Assembly (NCBI GenBank): GCA_032718475.1
Contig: JAUCBJ010005588.1
Coordinates: 1-50,280, forward strand
DNA from: Nemertoderma westbladi
Taxonomy: Eukaryota > Animalia > Xenacoelomorpha
Direction: 5' to 3'
Length of the DNA stretch: 50,280 bases
In this document: one piece after another, positions 9,400-22,194 of the stretch
Position numbering within the stretch: the stretch's first letter is position 1
Layout: each line of letters starts with the position of its first letter
Translations under genes and position numbers: made by a program
The notes under the pieces: model-generated
Database searches by the model: none
Seen by the model: only the letters and a program-made list of their open reading frames with translations
What the model was told of the DNA's origin: nothing

Positions 9400-9998
9400 A
9401 ACATAGTCAATAGCCGATAAAATTCATAAAGTCATGTATAAAACAGAACATTGACTATTAAAGAATACTATTAAATAACATCCCAGATCTGTATGCATTG
9501 GAATTACTCTAATTCTACCGCTAGCTTTGCATAATGTCACCATAGCAACAACCACGCTAGAATTAGAATTGAGTTAAAAGAACAATAGAAAGCTTGTCCC
9601 ATTGAATAGCATAGGGAATAAATAGCGCACTACTAGTATCCAAGGATACATAATAATACAGTGACATTCTGGAAGGCATTGACTAACGGACAAATGGCCC
9701 GAATGTGTGTAATTTGTGACAAGTGGTGTGTGTGGTATTTGTGAGTTTATAGGTGAATGTTACTGCTAAGGTGTGTTTACAGTAGCCAGTCGCAATCGTA
9801 AAAGTAACCTAACTCTCCAAGGAAAACCTGAAGTACATCTAAGCCTTTGGGACAGACAGTCGAGTGACTTGTGCCGGTTGTCGTTGTCGTTGTGCGGCTA
9901 CGTCGTTGGCGAAAGTACGGCGGCGACGACACATCGGCGCTGAGGATCTCGTACTGTCCGGGGGTTGATTGGGGTAGGCAGCGACGCCCGCTTGCCTA
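9400..9998 (+). ncRNA. Conserved structured RNA element upstream of ORF2 (copy A); IRES- or packaging-like candidate
   Basis: Hairpin 9871-9940 inside an enclosing gacagt-cgag/ctcg-actgtc stem, small hairpin 9975-9998, and stem ~9508-9568. G-U pairs and compensatory changes relative to copy B. Confidence 0.6.
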
Positions 9999-10042
9999 AA
10001 TATAAACTCATTATAATATGGATAAACTCATATATAGCAGAT

Positions 10043-11373
10043 ATGACGGAGTTGATAGAAGATGGTCTTGGTATCGGGGAACGATATATTCTACTTTCAA
10101 ACGTTTGTTGATAGCTTAATACGCGGTGATACTAGTCCAACTACTACGAAGGATGATGGTCGTTATATCGAACCGCCAATGTCCCAAGAGCAGCTCACGC
10201 GTGAGTTGGACTATAAGAAATTCACCGCTCGATATACGCAGCGTAATGGTACGTATATGGGCTTCTTAACTACTGGTCATTCTATCAATTTACACAATAC
10301 GGACTATGTCGACTATATATCCTGCCCAGCGGAGTCGGAACCATAAGCTGAAATTCGAATGAGAAAATTCTATTCGAAATCGGCTCGAAAGAAAAGACAT
10401 TAAAGAAACAAATAAACGCGGTAACTCCAACATATATTTGGAATTCTTGATAGAAGCATTGTAACAACAAATAAATATCATCCGCGTTTCCCCTACCAAA
10501 CGTGCGTCTTTGGTATTATTACTGTAAATGCCCTAGATCCAGCCAATAAACGGAAAGACATTAACATCCACGGAAACGTTGTGATAAACACAGTTGTGTT
10601 CGTTATATTTACTGGAGTTTCGAGCGAAACTTGTTTGACGTATCACCTATGCTCACTCGGCTCTAACGATCCTAGAGTAAACCTACGATCAGAGTCCCGG
10701 AATACTCGGTCAAACCTCCTCATTCCTTAGTTGGACCTCAGACCTGCGATCCTGGTGGTGTCGCGGATCCTCGCGGACTGTATTCACTGTTCAAAGATCT
10801 AGTGCTACCCTAACAATTAATCGGTAACACTCCGACAGTGATTTCTAGCTAGCCGCCCATCTTACCTAGCCGGATTGTGACGCGGGCACCTAATATCACT
10901 ATCCAACCGTATGGTCGTCCACGTTTAACGCGATACAACCCCTCATCAAGGTGAAGGAGAGCGTTGTACGAAACGAGTTAAACGCTATTCTATAAAGATC
11001 AAAAAGGAAACCTGCGTTTGTTCAGATAAACGTAAGTTATAATAGTAAGTCCAATCGATAAACGAATTGGCCTTATCTCAGTTCGATTGGGAAACCTCGA
11101 ATCTCAAAGAAGATATCAAGCTTAGAAAACCCTATTCTCTGTGAGAGTTTTGGACGAACGTATCCCATGACAAGCGGAGGAAAATCAGCTCGAGGAAAAG
11201 CATATCGAAATGGACGAGACACCGACCGTAAACCCAAACCTTCTAATGCAATCATATTGCACCCTTCACCCAGGAGTTATGGCCCTCCTAGTAAAGTGGC
11301 TCCCCCCAAAGAGAAAAGGACTCTTGCTAGCCTCAAGAAACTGCGTAAACACCGTCCGCGCAAGAAAGACTAA
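10043..11373 (+). pseudogene. Disrupted second (3') ORF of element A
   Basis: Starts ATGACGGAGTTGATAGAAG as in B (47361). Shares FVDSLIRG..YIEPPMSQEQLTRELDY.KFTARY and the basic C-terminus ..KEKRTLAS.KKLRK.RPRKKD*. Contains frameshifts and stops, and the middle is unalignable to B. Confidence 0.7.
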
Positions 11374-11443
11374 CTGTTTAGAGTATTTTTATATTTTAGA
11401 AACTGTGCTTTTGTATATTTTATAGACTTAAATCCCATTTTCT

Positions 11444-11451
11444 GGGAGCGG
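11444..11451 (+). promoter_or_regulatory. Polypurine tract of element A
   Basis: GGGAGCGG immediately before the TGT of the 3' LTR; identical in B (48881-48888). Confidence 0.8.
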
Positions 11452-12657
11452 TGTAAAAGCTTTTGTGGGATAACTGATTCGTTTGCCTTGTTGGCCAGTT
11501 CCCCCCCAGTCGCTAAGAATACTCTCAAAGTGATCTATAGCTAAAAATAGTGCAAGTTACCAGCTTGTTGGCTGATTTGCTGTACGCAGGCATCTGGGCT
11601 CTGTTTAATCGGCCAACAAGCCTAGGGAGGTTGCGTCATAGCCTTGTTTTTGTATCTCCCAATAGAATTTGAGTTAGCCTTGATTTTGACCTATCACAGG
11701 CTACTGAACTGAAAATTTCCTATCTCACTGCTCTTTCTCTGTGTTGAACGGGAGCTTCGTGGAATAAGGGAGTTGGTATCCTCGTACAGAGCAGTAGTCA
11801 CGAGTTTTTCAAAGCCACTAAAGAACGGCTTTTTAGTGTTTTATGTTTTCTGCTTTTTAGCGCAACACTAGTAGGTTTAATTATAAGGACATATATCCTT
11901 TAACTGCACCTAGCATTTAACTCGCATTTGACACACCGTAGTCACGGCCTTTAATAACTGGCTTTGTGAATACTGCATACTGCTATTTGTTGTCGGTTAT
12001 TCATTATATTTGTTGATGAATTATTATATTGGAATAACGAGAAATAACCCCGACACCCAATATTCTTGATATACCGAAGGTAAGAGAGAAAGGTTACAGA
12101 TAAACGATTGTGACTTATGTTAAAGTGGTTTGAAGTGAATCTAATGTTATTTGATAGACCCTACATGAGTCAGTCTGTGTTCCTTTTATATGTGACTAAA
12201 ATCAGTGAAGATCGGCAGATTAGTGTGCAGTATTGTGCAGCATTGTGTATGAGTGAGTCTGTTAAAGAAGCATTCCTAAAGAATGCGCCATATATGTGAA
12301 TTATAATTAAGCCATATCGTTGTGAGTAGTTTAAGTCATAACTCTGTTTATATAGATAAAGCGCCACGTCCTAAAGGAACTGTTAATATTCCCGAAGGTA
12401 AATAATATTGTCAGAGATTATATAATACTGTCAGTTGAATAATACATTAAGCTTACATAGCAATAAAATTAAACCGTCGAACCCAATCTCCCGGGAATAT
12501 CCAGCGGGTGAATGGTCGCGCACGGATTGGTTTCGACTAGTGTAGTGAATCAAATACTAATACATAGAACTAAATACATAGGCTAAAAAGCGATTTAATA
12601 TCTAGAAGACATCTTAATTTGGCGGGTTAAACTGCCAAAGGTCTGAAAGCGCGAACA
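11452..12657 (+). repeat. 3' LTR of element A (1206 bp)
   Basis: TGTAAAAGC...GCGCGAACA termini. Confidence 0.92.
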
Positions 12658-12662
12658 GATAC

Positions 12663-15600
12663 TTTTCCCCAGGTTAGTCAAAGTTGTGGAAAGTCAAGTT
12701 GAGTCAGGGTGTGGAAAGATCCATGAACCAGATCCAAATGTTTGCTGGCTATAGGTCGACGTTGCACAATTTGTAATGGACTAAATCATTGGAGGGTATG
12801 TTGTAGGTCTCAAATGAATCATGGATACCAGAATAGACCATATAATAATCAACGAACTCAAAACAGATCAGGCATTATATGTGATTTTAATTTTCCACAT
12901 CGTTAATACCAACCAAGATTTCTAAGAAATTATTACCAGAGCAAAAAGGTAGACTTCCCTGAATCATCTGATTTAAATATTGACTACTAGTGTATGATGA
13001 TGGCAATATGGATCGTGTACACAATGTTCGAGATATGAATACCGATCAGGTGTATAATGATGTTGACCAGGACCATGTACAGTATACAGAGTATCAAGTA
13101 CATTGTTTGATGATTTTACTCTTCAATTGAAACTTTCAGACAAACTCCAACAGTCCAACAACTTCAAACAGATTCAGACAGTTTCAAACAGATTCAGACA
13201 GTTTCAAACAGAATCAGACAACTTCCAACAACCTGTCAATCAGTCAACCCACACTCAAACGCAACCCCAACTCAACTCCCATCTTCTTGCGCGCAGATAG
13301 AATGAAAGCGTTTGAAACTACTAAAGGAACTCCATTCATAAAGCCACAATAACGACAGAGTGGACTGGCCACTGGCGGCGCCCTTGAACATTCACACTGT
13401 AACTTAAGCTGACCTGAAGGAACAGCCCATTAGTGAGGTCGGTATTTCTCTTTATTCCTGCCGCTATCTTTGAATAACACAATAGCAGAAAGCTAACCAG
13501 TGGTCTACCCCCAATACAAGAAAGACAAGTTGGCTACCATTGAAATGAATGGGGAATGGAATTCTGTGTTCACATACTAATGTTGCTTTGGGTTGGTCTA
13601 GAGCCATACAATAGAGCTTTACGGAAATACACTTCCAAAGAGCCAAGCAGTGGCGGTATAGGTCCAAAATGCCCATGTAGAATTTCTTCGAATAAGGCTC
13701 AATTTCTTTAAGTTACATTAATTAAAGTACTGATATTTTACTGATATATTTTGCTTTTCGCAGGAGGGACAGTATCCCCCTCTACAGTTAACATAGTGTA
13801 CGTACATGTGTTAGTTATATCGTTGCGTTTATTTATATTTATACAGGTTTGGATATGATCTCTACTAGTTTGATTTTTGTTTTGTCAATTAATTAATTGT
13901 GCGGTTAATTTGTCAATCACAGCCTTAATTGGCTACATTGCTTATTGTATGAATGAATATAATTTAGTTATTAAGACATTATTTTAATTAGTATCTGGTG
14001 TGATTAGTTCTACCTTTTACATAAAAACAGTACGTCAATGGCGGATATACTACTACTACTACTATACTAAGTCGAGCGAACTCGGACAGTGGAAATGAGA
14101 TCCTTCCAGGCTTCCCGATTCTCCATAGTTGTCGCAATTGCGTTTCTCCCAAGTTCAGAGAAGGCGGATATACATTACATCATAATATGGCATGGCAGTC
14201 ACGTGAAAACAAGGGCCTTCACATTCCCAATTCTCTATCTAATCTATTATGGTTGTGCGTAATGCTCAATACTACTTTATGATATTAATTCATTCACGTT
14301 TAACATTAACAGCCATACGTTTCATCAACCCCCCCCGCACCCCCCCTCCCCTTCCAATGTGACAAACTATCACGATATGTTGGCGTTGGGCCCCGTCCCT
14401 ACGTCCACCCTCCCTTGTGAAGGGCTAGGGGGGACTTTCGACCCATCATTACTAAAGGGTAGTGATAATATTCAAAATAAGTTTTCCCATGTATACGTAA
14501 TTTTATTCTTAAATAGGTACTTGTTTGTTCCTTCCTAAATTCTACCTAAATGCTGCCTTACTCAATGTTAAATAATTTATTGTTCTCGAATATTTATTTC
14601 GTAACTAGGGAACCGCTAAACTACAAATCAATATTGGATATGGAGTTCCGTTTCGAAGTTCGCCTTGCAGAGACTAAAGTTGCAATAACTTTTGAGGGTG
14701 TGAATGTAATTTACTCAAATAGGGTAGGTGCGCGAAAAAATAGTTGGGCTAGAAGTATTACGTGCAAACCTTTTCATTTCGATGCTCTTTCAACACAACT
14801 AATAAAATTAACCAACAATATTTTTTTCACTCATTGTAATTATATTTACTGTTTGCTTAATCTGTTTGTGTTTATATCTGTTTATGTGCAGTATTTAGTG
14901 CCCTACGTCAAAGAAACTAATATATTTATAGCATTATTTACATTTCTAATTAAATTAAGGAATTAAAAACGTGTTGGTGTTATTATATTCATTTATCGGA
15001 ATTTATATTATAGGAATTTATTATTCGTTTATGCATTCTAGTTAATTAATTGATATAATTAACGACATAATTATGTAAATAAAAATTGTTAAATGAAACA
15101 AATCTTTGTTTCGGTTTATAATTAACAATAGCACACCCTCACAATCACTTCAAATTGAGAGTTAAAGTGATTGACATTTTGTTAATGAACTACGCTTTTG
15201 TAAGGCATTGGCAAATTCCAACAAATTCCGATGGCGTCAAACATCTTCAGACAACTTCAAACAGTTTCAGACAATTTCAGACAACTTCAAACAACTTCAG
15301 ATAGCTTCCAACAACATCCAACAGAAATTTCAAACACTTTCAGACGGATTTCAGACAGATTCAGATGGGCTCCAACAGACTAAACTTGTTGGAAATATTT
15401 TCTCCAACAGAATCAAACAGTAGTAAATCTCCGTAGGTTAGCATTGTGCTTGTTTGAAGCTGTCGGAGTGTGTTGGATCCGATCGGATCCGATGGCACTC
15501 TGTTGGTGAGCGGGACTGTAAATGGTATAGTTGTTTCATTTGAGGTGGATTCATGTAGTTCAAAGACAATAATTTATGAGGTGACTAATCTATTGAATCT

Positions 15601-17080
15601 AAGACCAGCAGTTTTATCACCACCACCTACTACACTTGCAACATTATTTTTATGATCATGAGGTACCTGTAATTGTTTTGTTCATAGGTGAAATTGCTAC
15701 AAAGAATGCCCATTATCTTGGAAACAATTGTTGTGGTTAAAGGTAAAACTACTTCTAAACCTCTCTTATCAGGCCAGGCTGGATTCAATTTAGGAATTCT
15801 AGCAATAGCTTGATCAGAACACTGTTTCCAAGGCTAACCTGATTCGCTTGGACAATTTTTATAACTCAATCAATTTTCACATGTTAAGAAGACTATAATA
15901 CTGTACCAGAACGATTGCAGATAGGTGCAAATAATACTCCAGATTGTATTAAACACCTTCAGAATGTGTTTCATGTTACATATATAACCAAGAGTCTCTT
16001 CTTCTTGATAAAAATATTGAAGAGGTTGCCCAAGTACCTAGAAAGATTCCATTCTGTTACAGAGAGCCCTTGTAAAAGCATATTGAGCTAACGGCTGAAG
16101 GTATTACAGAGGATGCTCCTACAGATATACCGACAACTTGGGTTTCGAATTTGGTATTTGCACCAAAGCCAAAGGACCCAAACCCTAATGCTATTCTGTT
16201 CTGTGTTGACTGCAGCACTATAAATACAGCGATTAAAAGAATCAGAAATGACCTACCCACAGTCGATGACATTTTATTTGAGGTGCATGGGAAGTACTGT
16301 ATTTAGTCAATTCGATTTTGAAAGTGGGTATCACCAGTTGGAACTGGATGAAGATAGCCACAAATAACGACATTCTACACCCATATAGGTAATACATGAT
16401 ACACAGACAGGCTTACCATATGGTAGTATTACTGCTCAAGATGAATTTGACAGGACAGTCAGGCAAACAATATCTAGAATTCCTGGGGCAAGAAATTATT
16501 CAGATGACATAATCATTTTTGGTAAGGATCAAGAAAGCCATGGCACTGTATTGAAGACAGTTTTTGAGTGTTTATTATATGCTGGAATTACATTAAACCG
16601 ACGTAAATGTCAGTTCAATAGATCCGAGAATACTCTCTTTGGTCTTATTTTAAGTAAAGAAGGTATTCACCCATACCCAAGTAAAGTTTCTGCCATCCAA
16701 GAGATGGTCCCTCCCAAATAGAAGGTACTAGTACTAGTACTAGTAGATTCTAAGTTACATGTTGAATACCACATTTCAGGGATCGGAGTTACATTGATGC
16801 AAAAGTCTCCAGGTGATAATGGTATCTGGACTCCAGTATCTTATGCTACAGTAGTAGAACTACTACAATTGCAGAATCCAGATACAGCCAGATAGAAGGT
16901 GAATGTTTAGGTGCAAAGTGGGGGTCTGAAAGATTTAGAGTATACTTAATTGATTTATTGAATTATAACTTAATTGGTCAGCTATTTTGTATAATCAATG
17001 ATCATGCACCATTGGTTGAGATGCTAACCAGCCCATCAAAACAAAATCCAATGCCAGCAACAATGGTATGATTTCTAGTA
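12663..17080 (+). mobile_element. Decayed Ty3/Gypsy (Mag-like) gag-pol relic
   Basis: Gag knuckle CGKIH..C..IGRRCTICNGLNHW.VCC (~12710-12810); protease LFDDFTLQL|TVNGIVVSFEVDSC split by an insertion; RT motifs FCVD..LPTVDDI..DFESGYHQL..RLPYG..YSDDIIIFG..KC (~16100-16720); RNase H YSQIEGECLG..W..ERFRVYL. Many stops and frameshifts. Confidence 0.85.
13130..15514. mobile_element. Unclassified insertion (probably a non-autonomous DNA transposon, composite) splitting the Gypsy protease
   Basis: The protease frame rejoins across it. cagaca/ttcaaaca sub-terminal repeats at 13133-13235 and 15230-15420, with an inverted version at ~15450-15514. Confidence 0.5.
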
Positions 17081-18754
17081 TCAGTAATGTAAATAGATCA
17101 ATTCGCATTACATTGATAGCAGAACATAAATTGAAATACATGTGCAGCAAGAAATTTATATAATATAATATAATTTTCTTTGTTAATAATGAGTCCCACA
17201 GAATAAGATTAATTAGTAGGCCAACCCCACCCCTTTCCCTGGTCCATCTTTGGGGATTCCTAATCCCAATTCAGAAACCCTCTTCCTGCAAGATCGTTGT
17301 GGTTTGTCTAGGAATTCTTTGTGACGTCTAGTGAGACCCATGGTCTCCCATCCATGTACCACCCGTGGTGTTACCATACCATCATTCGTCTACCCCTCAC
17401 TATGCCCTCCTTAGTCCTCAATTTTCCAAGTTGAATTTGCGTGGGGTTTTCATGCATAATCTGTGTAACTGTCTTGCAGTTATAATAAATTTATCTATCC
17501 AAAAAGTATTAGGCTTGACATCAGCTGGTTGCTAGGAGTGTTCAGGTCAGGTCAGGTATTCTAGGTCATTGATCAAGACAACTTGCCACCTCCATGCAGC
17601 ATAAAGGAGGTGCCACCTGTAGCTGCATAGACCCTCTTACTAGGGTTAATCTGGTCCTGTAACTAGGACTCCCTTCGTTCTGGGATAAGGACGCTGTTGG
17701 TCCTGGATTAAGGACCCATATACTTGGCTGCAGGGGTATATGGCCTGGCCAGGCAGATGGTGATCTACCAATGGCTGGTCAGGAGTAGAGTGTTCTCATG
17801 TTCACTCTGAGTACACTTCACTGCGACCTGCACCTGGCAGCAGGGGTACAGGGCATGACCCAGCAGATGCGCTGCACAGCCAATGGTGGGTCATGTGCGC
17901 CAGAGTATATATGGGTGATGGGCCTCATATCTGACTCCACTGCGACACCCACCTTGTGGAACGGCAAACCAGGGTGTGGTATTTGTCCCGAGAGCTGACT
18001 CGGCAAAAAAGCACCCCCCAACCCCCCACTATGGATTACATTAGTAATGCGGAGGTCCGGCCACTAGAGGCCAGTGGAATTACTGGACACAATCGGCCTC
18101 ACAGGCGTCAGTTATCTCCTGACCGGCTGCCTGTCTCACCCCCTACTGGAGAGAGAGAATCCAACAATTCTTTGAGTCCCTTTCCTGATGACCTTTCTGG
18201 CCCAAACCCCGGGTCACCAGGGAGGCCAGATTGTGAGGGGGAGAGGGATTCTGGAGTTGGAGGCTACTCTCATGTTCCACCCCGACCAACAAAGCCATTG
18301 GTGAATCTGAGGCAAGTCACTAGACTAGCCTCAGTAAACACCCTAACACTCGGGTCCCCAATGCGACAAGGTGAGCTGACTGCCTTGGCAGATAAGATTT
18401 CTCTTAGCGCAGTGGGTGTTCAAGAGCACCGAATGCAGACTGGACAGACTGATGAGGTTCTGATTAAGGACATGGGGGGCGGTTGGTGACTTGCCCTCGC
18501 GTCAGCAGATGATAGTGGAAATGGTGGTATTGGTCTATTGATGAATCCAACTGCACATGCAGCATTGGACAAAATAGACCAAATCTCTAACCGCATCATC
18601 CGTTGCCACTTCTCATGTTCTGGAAGACTGGCTAAGAAGTTTCCTAAGGTGGTTCTGATTGTGTGCTACTCTCCAACTAGTGTTGCCCCTGTAGAGGAGG
18701 TGGAAAATTTATACCACAATCTACAAGCAGCTACTGATGGAGTGGATCAGCATG

Positions 18755-21700
18755 TACTGACTGCACTGAAATTTTAACCTTTTTCCAAATGATGAAGACT
18801 TGTTGATGGAATTTGTTTCAATTTGGTCACTGACCACCAAATGATAAGCTGTTTCGTGATAACTTTATCATGTTGGCTACTGGGGGTTAATAAAGTTTAC
18901 TGGATCAAGCACCGGTATAGTTTATCACGAAGTCGATAATTTTTTTATGGTTCCATTTTTTTTAAAAATGTGATGTTACTAATGTGATCATAATGCCATA
19001 AGCTTTCATTTGAATGGCTGGAATATATGCTTTTTGTAACTTTTTAAACTATTAGTAATATATCATAATAACGCAATTTCATATATCGCCATCGCCCAGT
19101 ATATAGCTCTGAAAGCACTACTTAATTCTTGGCAGGACTGGTATATAAAACATAGAAAATACAATGCAACAGATATCAGAACAATTAGAATAGTACCTAT
19201 GATCTAATAATCAACTCAACAAAGTTAGTACTGTATTAATTTCAGTATATGTTTCTACACTAGGTCCATCAGAGTCTTTCCTTGAGAGTACGCTTTTGAA
19301 AATCTGGAACTTTCTTGCGACTGTCTTCAACGACTTGTAGTACAGCTTGATGTTCCTTCTCATCCTTAGTAAGGAGTCCATTGTAAATTGCCTGGGTACG
19401 GATAAGTCTTTCTGACAGGTCATTCACGGGATCCTTGTCATTGATAATACAACAAAATTGATTGTAATCATCATAGAGTACCCAAGTTGCTGGTTTTTAG
19501 TGTAACCAATCAAATGACAACCCCAACAACTGGGGCATTAGCCATGAATCAGGGCCAATGAGATCCTCCAAAGTTGTGCCATTGTTCAGGTTTACATTGT
19601 TTGGTGGAACCTCACGACTAGTCTTGGTTCCTTTCTTGACCACTGCTGCCACAGAAAGATCCCATCGATCATCATTTGGTTTAGCTTCGAGCATCGGAAT
19701 AGCAATCCTCTCCTTTTGTTCATTGGAGTCCCGATCATTTGCCAGACTAACAGGTACCACTTCCTGCCTCAGGTACCACAGATGGCCAGTTAGTTTCTTT
19801 ATTACCACTTGTCCCAGTTCAACATCAGATAAATTCAGTGCCCTGAAATATAACTCCAAATCATTTCTGGGAGCATCCACTAGCACTGGATACCGTATCC
19901 ACCATCCAACATATGTGCTGGCAACAAACTGAACAAAACGCTCAAGTCGCTGCTCAAGATGGATACTACCTTGTGTCTTCTGGTGAAGTTGACCTCTGAA
20001 TATATATAATTTAAAAGCATACATCAGGCTGGCTATCCACCTGGCGTTGGAATCAGCACCAGGCTGATAGAATGTATGTGGGTATTCGCCACCAAGTAGA
20101 AAAATGGCAAGTACAAGAAGTTCTCGATAATCGGCACGGCAGTTAATAGTGCCCAACAGTTCCTTAAGGTCATGTCTTTCCTGGACGTATTTATCAGTAT
20201 CAGGTAGACATTGACCCTTTGTTAGATCTAGGGCCATCCATTGTTCGCGTAGTCTACCATGGAATCGGGAACTAGGGCCACTGGTTGCACCAAATACCAG
20301 GCGGTGTACTGCACCGACTATAACCTCCCCAATGTGGTGGCGGCAGGCAAGCCATATCACTCGCCGATCTAACCACTTCTCCAGCTGTACACAGGTGCCA
20401 TCCAGCCAACCAGAATTAGAATTAGTCGTGTCAAAGACAAGAAATGCTACCAAGGCTTTTTGATATTCCATTCAGAAATGTAACGTTGTACTATTGAAGT
20501 AATGTCCCGAGAGGAACTAGTACTTGCAGCTCCAATTCCCAACAGTTTTGTTGTGTACTTTGTACTGTCATCAGCATTTGGGACACCACTGCCAGTTATG
20601 GCTACAACACATCGATCAACATCTGTAAGGGAGCATTTCAGATGAGCCATTTTTTTCCCATCCCAGTGGACTGCAATTTTGTGTTCTCCAGGATCAAAGG
20701 AGTCCTTGATATATTTGGCCCTTGCTGCTCGAGATGCTGACCGGCCACTTAGTGTGCTAGTTTTGCTGAGTGTGACCTGATCTATATTACCTCCACTGGC
20801 CTTGATAATTGCAGCGGTGTAGGCTGTTGCAGCTCCAGATGAAATTCCAATGCGATCAGCAGTCTGTGCTACTGTCTGGTCATTCATTATGTTCCGTGGC
20901 ATCATCAGTTGCACTGAGGCACACCTCTTGCTTGATGTTGCTGAAGATGGTGGAAGATAGTCAACATCAGAATCAGTACTATCATCCTCTGAAGCAGACC
21001 TCGACATATCAAGTTCAACAATTTTGTCCAAGTCATTTTGCTTTCTAAGCATTTCTTTCCGTTCCCTGTCAAGTTTATGGTCCAGTTTGTCTTTTTGTTT
21101 CATAGCTTCCTCTTCGTATTTCAAATCCCTTGATTTCAGAAATGGTAGATCTTCTCCCTGTCTAAGTTTTCGAATCCATTCACGTTCTTCAGGTAGCAGC
21201 ATACCATCGTGTTTCTTAACAGAAATATCAAATAGCTTGTTCATCTCTTCAGACAATTTATTTATCCTTTCCAATGTTTTGCCAGTTTTTCTACATTCAG
21301 GTGGTTGTTTATCAATTGAAAGCCACCTCTCATAAAGCTTTCTTACCTTGTCAAGGACATTCAATTCATTATGATAGTACATAGAACCTGCCTCCATCCA
21401 TATTTTCCGGATTTCTGTTGCGACTAATCCAGCTGACTTATTCTTGGGAATACCTTCCTCTCGACAAAAATAGACCATTTTTTGAAGAACAGAAATGTTA
21501 AATGGTAAATGGCAATTTCGAAAATTACTATCAAGGCTCTTTCCAATCAGGAGATATTCAGATCGTTGTGTCCGTGTACTGTAGCAACTTGCCATCGTAT
21601 TATAATCTATACCTTATAATATATAACTCAAAATTAGATTATTGGATAATAGGCTACCGGTACAGTACTGTAGTAGTGTAGTACTGAATATCACTCACTA

Positions 21701-22194
21701 AACCTACTGTATGTAGTAGGCTACATCAGTAGAAGATAGTACAAAGGCCTGTGTTTTAGGGTAGGCCTACTGGTACTGGTAGGTAGGACAGTGAAATGCA
21801 GAACATCCAAAATGCAAGAGTGGATCAGAAGTGCAGTACCGCAGTATACGTGTCATGTAGTGTCATTTGTATAGGCCTACAAGTATTACATTACTACAAC
21901 TGTACAGTACAGTACCCTAAAGCAGCCATTCAAATTAAAGATAAACATATGACAAACGTGATGTTATCAGTATTTTTCAAATCGAATGCATTCCATGAAA
22001 ACTATCCCTTAACCGCGCTCAAGCTCATCGGGTGATAAATTTTGCGATAAGTCAAAAATTCATTTAGCTCCAGTAACTTGCATGTTCAACATTATGATTC
22101 CATACTTGGCACAACTTAATATTATGGGAAATAGAACAAATTAAGCTGACAAGTCTTCTCTGTATCTCAATTTGAATATTTTCGGATCGGTCTA
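18755..22194 (-). mobile_element. hAT-superfamily (hATm-like) DNA transposon inserted in the RTE endonuclease
   Basis: The RTE frame DGVDQH|AFLTFLGDFN rejoins across it. Degenerate 8-bp TSD tcagcatg/ggagcatg and weak terminal inverted similarity. Confidence 0.8.
19269..21595 (-). pseudogene. hATm-like DDE transposase with one frameshift (~20460) and one in-frame stop (19497-19499)
   Basis: Motifs VHWDGK, FDTTNSNSG, LACRHHIGE, ARW, HLWYL, VNDLSER..LTKDEEE..LQVVE. Confidence 0.85.

Larger units (their letters stand above)
61..12657 (+). mobile_element. BEL/Pao-related non-autonomous LTR retrotransposon, copy A (gag-pro + 3' ORF, no RT/IN)
   Basis: Paired ~1.2-kb LTRs ending ...GCGCGAACA, PPT GGGAGCGG before TGT, BEL-type triple Cys/His Gag motif, DSG protease. 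Colinear with copy B over most of its length. Confidence 0.9.

Noticed and set aside
9905-9960. Hammerhead ribozyme (GAAA and CTGAGGA near stems)
   Set aside because: The stem arrangement does not fit the core, and copy B has GTAA and CTGAGAA.
13320-13700. Possible captured exon in the insertion (also 28150-28410)
   Set aside because: Coding-like composition, but stops interrupt the frames I read and there is no recognisable motif or splice pair.
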